From a virus (taxonomy: Duplodnaviria; Caudoviricetes), in IMG/VR virus record IMGVR_UViG_3300017784_002932, positions 1 through 25,374 of that record: 25,374 bases of DNA. One strand, written 5' to 3'. A program made the translations under genes and the position numbers. Numbering within the stretch: position 1 is the stretch's first letter; every line of letters begins with the position of its first letter. Below the pieces are notes generated by a model. That model was not told where the DNA came from. It saw nothing but the letters and a program-made list of their open reading frames with translations, and made no database searches. Below, piece by piece: positions 17,353 to 23,135 of this stretch.

Positions 17353-17780
17353 CCGCTAACCTTCTTGACAAACTCCGCAAATAATACAGATTCACGGTTA
17401 ACGGCTTCTATTTCCCACGGTTGTTCATGGTATCGTGCTTTGATACGTTTTCCTAACCAATACAGTTGTATTTTACCATTACGTGCTACTACTGCCTTTA
17501 CTTGTCCACGTGCCAATTGTTTTACATGTACCATTTCATGGGCTAATGCCAGTACCATACTCAATACATCTAACCGACTATCGATCCCTACCGTAATCTT
17601 ATAGTGATCAGTGGTTGCGGTTTTAGCTAATGCCCCTTCTTTTTTACTTAATCCAACAACGGTACATATAACAAGATCATACCTACTTTTCTGTAGATTC
17701 AGCCGGTTGGCATAAAACGAAGCAGCTTCCTCTAACAAGGGGCGGCGTGTTGCACTTAGAGTAAGGACTTTGATCTTCAC
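17349..17780 (-). CDS. Small zincin-like HExxH metalloprotein
   Basis: LAHEMVHVKQ ... PWEIEA. Likely start GTG 17780, because the track's start lies inside the promoter. Confidence 0.75.
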   Translation of the reverse strand: MKIKVLTLSATRRPLLEEAASFYANRLNLQKSRYDLVICTVVGLSKKEGALAKTATTDHYKITVGIDSRLDVLSMVLALAHEMVHVKQLARGQVKAVVARNGKIQLYWLGKRIKARYHEQPWEIEAVNRESVLFAEFVKKVSG

Positions 17781-17787
17781 AACTACT

Positions 17788-17816
17788 ATTGTATCAAAAT
17801 ATTGATTTATTGTCAA
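17788..17816 (-). promoter_or_regulatory. Sigma70-type early promoter
   Basis: TTGACA-N17-TACAAT. The spacer begins ATAAAT. Confidence 0.85.
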
Positions 17817-17835
17817 CCACTATTAAGTTGTTGAT

Positions 17836-18099
17836 TTAGTTCATCAATTTAGCTATCAATATCAACTGCGACAGATGATGTATGGCAGAGTTAACTTCCG
17901 CTAATTTGGACGTAAATTTTCTGGATACTGAAGGTGAAGGACTTCTTCGTACACCAACTTCTATCTTGCTTAACTCTGATACCATGCCGTCGATGTTATA
18001 TAGCATCTTGCTTAAATCTGGGTTGAACCTGATTGAGGAAAGTTGCTGCATTAACTCTTTGTTCACCATTTGGTAATCTAGAGAATTTTCTATTTTCAT
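17836..18099 (-). CDS. Hypothetical helical protein (87 aa)
   Basis: Start MKIENSLDY at ATG 18099, just downstream of a promoter. The track's longer ORF crosses a terminator and nadV. Confidence 0.75.
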   Translation of the reverse strand: MKIENSLDYQMVNKELMQQLSSIRFNPDLSKMLYNIDGMVSELSKIEVGVRRSPSPSVSRKFTSKLAEVNSAIHHLSQLILIAKLMN

Positions 18100-18105
18100 A
18101 TCAAC

Positions 18106-18134
18106 AGTATAACAGATACTAATATTTATGTCAA
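18106..18134 (-). promoter_or_regulatory. Sigma70-type early promoter with embedded TAAATA
   Basis: TTGACA-TAAATATTAGTATCTGT-TATACT (17-nt spacer). Confidence 0.85.
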
Positions 18135-18158
18135 ATAAGGAGGGGCCTATGCCCCTCC
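18133..18158 (-). terminator. Probable intrinsic terminator after the NAMPT gene
   Basis: GGAGGGGC-ATAG-GCCCCTCC followed by TTATTT. Confidence 0.65.
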
Positions 18159-18175
18159 ATTCAAGCACTATCCTA

Positions 18176-19594
18176 CTAACCTGCGTTTGCGCGAGTCCGC
18201 ACTTGCTCAAAGGTAGTTTGATTAGACAGTTCACCATCCTTAAATACTGTTTGGAGAATATCCTGATCCACTTGACTTTCGCTATACGTTACTGTTTGCA
18301 AGTTTCCGTTTGGTTCACGGATCAATTGCATACGGCCACGCTTGCTACGCTTACCAGTATCCGTTACCGGATCCTTATAAACATCACGCCAGACCAATTT
18401 ACCAAGCGGACCATCTTGATGCAGCCCGGTATGTTCGCGAACACCAATCGCGGAACACTTCATAGCAAATTGCAGCGTATCACGGTTTACGATTTGAAGC
18501 AAAGCTCCGCCCTGACCAAACCCAATATTATCTGCGCTATAACCAACCAGTTGCAGTGAAAGCAGAATCCCACGAATCGTAACAGCGTCAATACCATCAC
18601 CTTGCATAATACGCACGTTGTTCAGCACTCGGAAACCCTTACTATTAACTGTGTGACCAAAATGTTCATCCAAAATGCGAGCACATTTAGTAACCACTTC
18701 TGCAGGATTGCCTGAGTCCGGACGAATCACAACCATAGCACCTGAATCAATGAGTTGCTGTTTGAGTTCAGTTCCCCAAAGTTTACAGGCATTGTAAATG
18801 TCGTAGCTATCACTAACCGCAGCCAACAATGCACCAGGTTTAGCATATTGGGTAAGCATATTGCGATATGACTCTACTTCATTCTCACGCCCCCAACTGG
18901 TTACGGTGCTATGTTCCATTGCAGGGATACTGAATCCACAAACTTCTGCATCGTAGTATTCTATCGCCGTAAGAATGCCAGCAATGGTATCAGTGCCCAT
19001 AAAATTAACTAAGTGAGCAGCGCCTCCCAATCCTGCACTTTCCTGACTAGAGACACCACGGGCGCCAAAGTCATGTAGCTTGAAACTAATGCCACTAGGG
19101 TCACCGGTCTCTTCCAAAGCATCAGCAATAAGTTGCTTAGATTGATAACTGTTGGTTGCTACAGTAGTTGGATACCACACTGCACGGAGCAGAGCCGTTT
19201 CCAAATAACTAGTAAGCCAATAACATTTGGGATCAGTGTTGACGATAGTAACTAGTACGTTTTTAGTGCCAATCACAGTACCTTCAGGAATCGCTTTAAT
19301 CTCAACCGGTAGCTTGCCACCATGTTGTTTGACGATGTATTCCCAACCTTCGCGATTGAAGGGTTCACCGTGTGCAGTGATAATCTTTTCCGCAATATCA
19401 ATATCCGCTGTAGTAATCGGAGTGGTCATATATTCACGGAGGAATGCTTGAAGACCAAAGAATACTGTTTTATCCCATTCACCACCTCGGGATTCAATAT
19501 AACTGTAAACGTATTCAGTACCCTCAGGGTATTGTTTGAATTGACTGCATTTGTAACTATCGGTATTAAGAATTACATTTTTTGCTAACTTCAT
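18176..19594 (-). CDS. nadV: Nicotinamide phosphoribosyltransferase family enzyme (NAMPT/NadV)
   Basis: TDSYK, YSYIESRGG, FFGLQ, LHDFGARGVSS, SIPAMEHS, VSDSYD, IRPDSG, QGDG, GGALLQ, RDT..FAMK and KRSKRG. Confidence 0.93.
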   Translation of the reverse strand: MKLAKNVILNTDSYKCSQFKQYPEGTEYVYSYIESRGGEWDKTVFFGLQAFLREYMTTPITTADIDIAEKIITAHGEPFNREGWEYIVKQHGGKLPVEIKAIPEGTVIGTKNVLVTIVNTDPKCYWLTSYLETALLRAVWYPTTVATNSYQSKQLIADALEETGDPSGISFKLHDFGARGVSSQESAGLGGAAHLVNFMGTDTIAGILTAIEYYDAEVCGFSIPAMEHSTVTSWGRENEVESYRNMLTQYAKPGALLAAVSDSYDIYNACKLWGTELKQQLIDSGAMVVIRPDSGNPAEVVTKCARILDEHFGHTVNSKGFRVLNNVRIMQGDGIDAVTIRGILLSLQLVGYSADNIGFGQGGALLQIVNRDTLQFAMKCSAIGVREHTGLHQDGPLGKLVWRDVYKDPVTDTGKRSKRGRMQLIREPNGNLQTVTYSESQVDQDILQTVFKDGELSNQTTFEQVRTRANAG

Positions 19595-19656
19595 GATAAA
19601 CTCCTTATCATAAAATACAAGTTAAGTCTATTCAACTGCTACTACTCAATTTATAC

Positions 19657-19685
19657 ATTCTAACACGGTTACATATTAAAGTCAA
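19657..19685 (-). promoter_or_regulatory. Sigma70-type promoter for the NAMPT gene
   Basis: TTGACT-N17-TAGAAT. Confidence 0.75.
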
Positions 19686-19735
19686 CCTTTTTATACCCAT
19701 ACGTTATAGAGTCGCTAAATGCTTTATTTTATATC

Positions 19736-19762
19736 AAATAGTAAGGGGTCTATGCCCCTTAC
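19736..19762 (-). terminator. Probable terminator after pstS
   Basis: GTAAGGGG-CATAGA-CCCCTTAC followed by TATTT. Confidence 0.6.
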
Positions 19763-19773
19763 ATATATGCTGC

Positions 19774-20760
19774 TTACTTTATCTTGGCCATTTCTGATTG
19801 TATTTTAGTCACTACACTTGCAGGCATAGTAACGTAATCTAATTCATCTGCCATCTTTCCACCGTTCTTGTATGCCCAAGTAAAGAACTTGATAGCACTT
19901 TGTGCATCTTCAGGTTTTTGATTTTGTAAAGGCATAATGATAAACGTGGCACCTGATATAGGCCATGCTGCTTTATTTGGCTGATTGGTCAATATTTGAT
20001 AAAACGATTTGTTCCAATCAGCACCAATAGCCGCTGCTTTGAATGCATCTTCTTCGGGTGATACCCATGCACCTGCTGCATTTTGCATTTGTACAGATGT
20101 CATCTTGTTTTGCTTCACATAAGCATACTCAACATATCCTATACTGTTTGGTATTCTGGTGACATAGCTTGCAACTCCCTCATTACCCTTACCACCTAAC
20201 CCAACTACCCATTGTACCGCTGTACCTTCATTGATTTTTTGTTTGAATTCACTACTAACTTTGCTCAGATAGTTAGTAAAGATAAACGTAGTGCCTGAAC
20301 CATCAGCCCTACGAACTACTGCGATAGCATCATCAGGTAACTTCAGTTTTGGATTTAGTGCAACAATTGCAGTGTCATTCCATTTAATGATCTTTCCCAA
20401 ATAGATATCAGCTATCATTGTACCAGTTAGTTTTAGTTCTCCTGACTTGATATCTTTGAGATTGATTACCGGAACTACTCCACCAATCACTGTTGGGAAC
20501 TGCATAGCATTCATTGCCTTTAACTGATCATCAGTTAGTGGCATATCTGATGCACCAAACGTAACAGTACGAGCCTCTATCTGTTTAATTCCACCACCAG
20601 ATCCTATCGATTGATAATTGATCTTGATTCCGGTTTCTTTGCTATATGCATCTGCCCACTTTGCATACAGTGGAGCCGGGAAAGTAGCCCCGGCTCCTGT
20701 TATTTGTGCTAATACTGTTGTAGAAAATAATGCTAGTAATATTGCAACGATATTTCTCAT
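19774..20760 (-). CDS. pstS: Phosphate ABC transporter substrate-binding protein PstS
   Basis: Signal peptide, GAGATFPAPLY, YQSIGSGGG, FGASD, RADGSGTT, GKGNEGV, IGYVEYAY and WPI. AGGAG SD. Confidence 0.97.
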   Translation of the reverse strand: MRNIVAILLALFSTTVLAQITGAGATFPAPLYAKWADAYSKETGIKINYQSIGSGGGIKQIEARTVTFGASDMPLTDDQLKAMNAMQFPTVIGGVVPVINLKDIKSGELKLTGTMIADIYLGKIIKWNDTAIVALNPKLKLPDDAIAVVRRADGSGTTFIFTNYLSKVSSEFKQKINEGTAVQWVVGLGGKGNEGVASYVTRIPNSIGYVEYAYVKQNKMTSVQMQNAAGAWVSPEEDAFKAAAIGADWNKSFYQILTNQPNKAAWPISGATFIIMPLQNQKPEDAQSAIKFFTWAYKNGGKMADELDYVTMPASVVTKIQSEMAKIK

Positions 20761-20807
20761 GTGTAATTTCTCCTGGTGTGTTCACATAGATATTTACTCA
20801 CAAGTAT

Positions 20808-20825
20808 GTTACAGTAATATTACAA
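20808..20825 (-). promoter_or_regulatory. Pho box (PhoB binding site) upstream of pstS
   Basis: TTGTAAT-ATTA-CTGTAAC matches the CTGTCAT-W4-CTGTCAY consensus with 11-bp repeat spacing. TAAATA at 20791-20796. Confidence 0.75.
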
Positions 20826-20847
20826 AACTCCCAAATAATGAAAATAG

Positions 20848-21426
20848 TTACTTCTTTGGTTGCGGCGAATTTCCACCAACTGGCCACGTTGCACCTTCAG
20901 GTGCTTGAGTGAATCCTAACTCTCCCGGTTTAACGTGTTTACCAGTGAACGGACTTTCCATGATAGGACCATAGCAGCTAGCCAGTTTTGGACCCTTTGT
21001 CGATTGGGCCTGTACCTGTATATCGCAGGAGAATGACCACATATTTGACATACCTGTAGTAGATGTATCTCCGATAGTAAATGTCCTAAACACAGCAGGA
21101 ACTACTGTCCAATTTGGTGCTTGCGGGTAACTACTTTCTGGAGGCATACCAAACAAGCTCCAAACTTTTCCAGAAGGTGCATTACATGATCCCTTCATCA
21201 TATCTAAGTTAGCTACACTTTTTCCAGTAAGTATCGGACATACTGCCATACCTTCTTTGAACTTTCTACCGTTAACAGAAATCATCTTACCAGTAGGGGT
21301 AGTAGATGATGCAGCACATAATGCATATTCACCTGTGCAGATTCCTATATTAGGCCCTGCATAAACACTAGATGAAACTAATGCCAATAGTATTGTTAAC
21401 CACTTAAGGCTTTTTGAGTTATTCAT
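20848..21426 (-). CDS. Secreted Cys-rich hypothetical protein
   Basis: Sec signal peptide (..SSSVYA), six Cys, AAGGAG SD and TAAATA at 21447-21452. Confidence 0.8.
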   Translation of the reverse strand: MNNSKSLKWLTILLALVSSSVYAGPNIGICTGEYALCAASSTTPTGKMISVNGRKFKEGMAVCPILTGKSVANLDMMKGSCNAPSGKVWSLFGMPPESSYPQAPNWTVVPAVFRTFTIGDTSTTGMSNMWSFSCDIQVQAQSTKGPKLASCYGPIMESPFTGKHVKPGELGFTQAPEGATWPVGGNSPQPKK

Positions 21427-21455
21427 TTCTTGCTCCTTGCTTGATGTATTTATGA

Positions 21456-21596
21456 TTATACTACTACATAATCTTTTTTGCTAGCACCACATTCGGGGCA
21501 TAAAAAATCATCAGGAAGAGTTTCCCATTTACCTTCTATCTCTTCATCATGCACATGCCCACATACTACACATACATATATAATATCTTTGATCAT
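21456..21596 (-). CDS. Rubredoxin (46 aa; below the ORF-track cutoff)
   Basis: [46 protein letters not shown], with CxxCG ... W..LPDDF.CPxCG. Confidence 0.9.
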   Translation of the reverse strand: MIKDIIYVCVVCGHVHDEEIEGKWETLPDDFLCPECGASKKDYVVV

Positions 21597-21653
21597 GATT
21601 ATTGTTGTTCTTATTATGACACGCAAAAATATAAGTAGTTTGGTAAGTCACCT

Positions 21654-21684
21654 AATAAAAAAGGGGCTAAGCCCCTTTTTTATT
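21654..21684. terminator. Bidirectional intrinsic terminator after the porin gene
   Basis: AATAAAAAAGGGGC-taa-GCCCCTTTTTTATT. Confidence 0.88.
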
Positions 21685-21697
21685 TTACATTGCTTTT

Positions 21698-22582
21698 TTA
21701 GAAGCGATGGGTAATACCAACACCGATCTCTGTAGTATCATTTGCTACCCCAGCTAAGTTAACATTGCGATATGCAACACCAACTTCAGTACGACGGCTG
21801 AATGCATAATCAACACCAAGCGCATATGCCTTAACTTGTGCATTAGTAGTACCGTAGCTTGCCTTCACGCCAAATGCACCAACTTGTTGCTTAACACCAA
21901 TAAGATTGCCCTTGCTAACAACAGCACCCTTATCTTCGCTATGTGAGAAGAACACTTGTGTATTGTTAAACTTAGTGTTTCCACCGATCACTGTGCTTGT
22001 TTCAGCACCTTGAACGAACCTAGCAACAGTACCATTAACGCCACTGAAAGAACCAGATGCGCTATATGAAGATGCTTCTGCACCGGCTAAGCCTGTAGCA
22101 GCACGATCATACTCTACTGTAACACCCTTCATAGGAGTAACTGTGATGAATGCAGCATTACCTAAACGTTGACCGCGCAGATTATGAACATTACCTGCAA
22201 CAGAACCGTATAGAGTACCAAATGCATCATTGTTGCTTACTGCTAAAAATTGACTATGCACATTGCGTCCTAGATCAACGCTACCAAATGCATTTGCTAT
22301 ACCAACAGTACCTTGACTATCACCTAACTGAGTTCCGTTTCCGTTGATGCTATTGCTACCTAGGCTCGTTTCTACTATCGCACGTGCAGTCAATCCACTA
22401 CCCAATGATTCAGATGCAGTGAATTTGATATTGCTTGTGGGATCGGGATTTACCGCTGTAGTGGTAACACTGCCAACCTTAGTACGGCCAACCCACTCAC
22501 TCACTTTACCAGATACGGTAACTTGTGCTTGCGCTACTGTAGCACTCATCACTAATAATGTTGCTATTACAATTTTCTTCAT
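21698..22582 (-). CDS. Gram-negative general porin (betaproteobacterial-type)
   Basis: Signal peptide (AQA), QVTVSGKV, SESLGSGLTA, GSVDLGR, GVDYAFSRRT and C-terminal GITHRF. TAAATA at 22631-22636. Confidence 0.9.
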   Translation of the reverse strand: MKKIVIATLLVMSATVAQAQVTVSGKVSEWVGRTKVGSVTTTAVNPDPTSNIKFTASESLGSGLTARAIVETSLGSNSINGNGTQLGDSQGTVGIANAFGSVDLGRNVHSQFLAVSNNDAFGTLYGSVAGNVHNLRGQRLGNAAFITVTPMKGVTVEYDRAATGLAGAEASSYSASGSFSGVNGTVARFVQGAETSTVIGGNTKFNNTQVFFSHSEDKGAVVSKGNLIGVKQQVGAFGVKASYGTTNAQVKAYALGVDYAFSRRTEVGVAYRNVNLAGVANDTTEIGVGITHRF

Positions 22583-22694
22583 GTTTTATTTCCTTTTATC
22601 GATAAAAAACCCATTGATAGGTTAGACTAATATTTATGCTATATAAATTCTCTAATAAATTTACTATTTGCACAATAAGTCTATACTCTTAATG

Positions 22695-22721
22695 AAAAAT
22701 AGGCACCGAAGTGCCTATTTT
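22695..22721 (-). terminator. Intrinsic terminator of the tmRNA gene
   Basis: AAAATAGGCAC-TTCG-GTGCCTATTTTT, with a C(UUCG)G loop. Confidence 0.9.
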
Positions 22722-23059
22722 GGAGTTTCTGTTTATTGGTATACCTACCTCAGCAGCTGGTTTTAGGCAGCTAGCGTGTATAGATCATCATTTGCATCTA
22801 TGGTTTTTGCGCTTTTATTTAGGGTCTTTGAAGTTATCTCTTGAACCTTTCGGTCTACACCCAAATCAATAGTCGCCTACTGTGTTGCCTCTTTCGCTAT
22901 CTCACCATGTCGAAACCTTGTCGCCCCCATCAGAAGCGCACTTGTGGTCGTCAGCCACAATAAAGTGTGACGCAATGCGCTTTTGGTGGAGGCGGGGGAA
23001 ATCGAATCCCCGTCCACGATGCCTTCACTACGAAGGAATTACAACAATTCTTTATTACA
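22722..23059 (-). ncRNA. ssrA: Circularly permuted (two-piece) tmRNA
   Basis: The acceptor piece ends ...GACGGGGATTCGATTTCCCCCGCCTCCACCA (3' end 22984). A 55-nt intervening hairpin (22929-22983) follows. The coding piece starts GGGGGCGACAAGGTTTCGAC at 22928. The acceptor stem GGGGGCG/CGCCTCC has G3:U70. Tag ORF 22763-22795 reads ANDDLYTLAA*. Outer ends are approximate. Confidence 0.95.
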
Positions 23060-23065
23060 GTGTCT

Positions 23066-23094
23066 ATTATATATTTATCTTACCGCGTAATCAA
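23066..23094 (-). promoter_or_regulatory. tmRNA promoter: sigma70 plus embedded late motif
   Basis: TTGATT-N17-TATAAT, with TAAATA at 23072-23077. Confidence 0.75.
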
Positions 23095-23135
23095 GTAGTT
23101 TGGGTATATTACAAAATTCGGTAATTCTCATTCTA

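Noticed and set aside
15843-18237. N-terminal extensions given by the ORF track (15875, 16177, 17816, 18237)
   Set aside because: They run through promoters, hairpins or neighbouring genes. Downstream starts fit the SD or promoter positions better.
21478-21714. 78-aa plus-strand ORF
   Set aside because: It overlaps the clear minus-strand rubredoxin and crosses a terminator.
22882-23124. 80-aa plus-strand ORF, and a tRNA-like 3' half at 22984-23015
   Set aside because: The ORF is antisense to the tmRNA. The T-arm/CCA belongs to the permuted tmRNA, not to a tRNA or att site.
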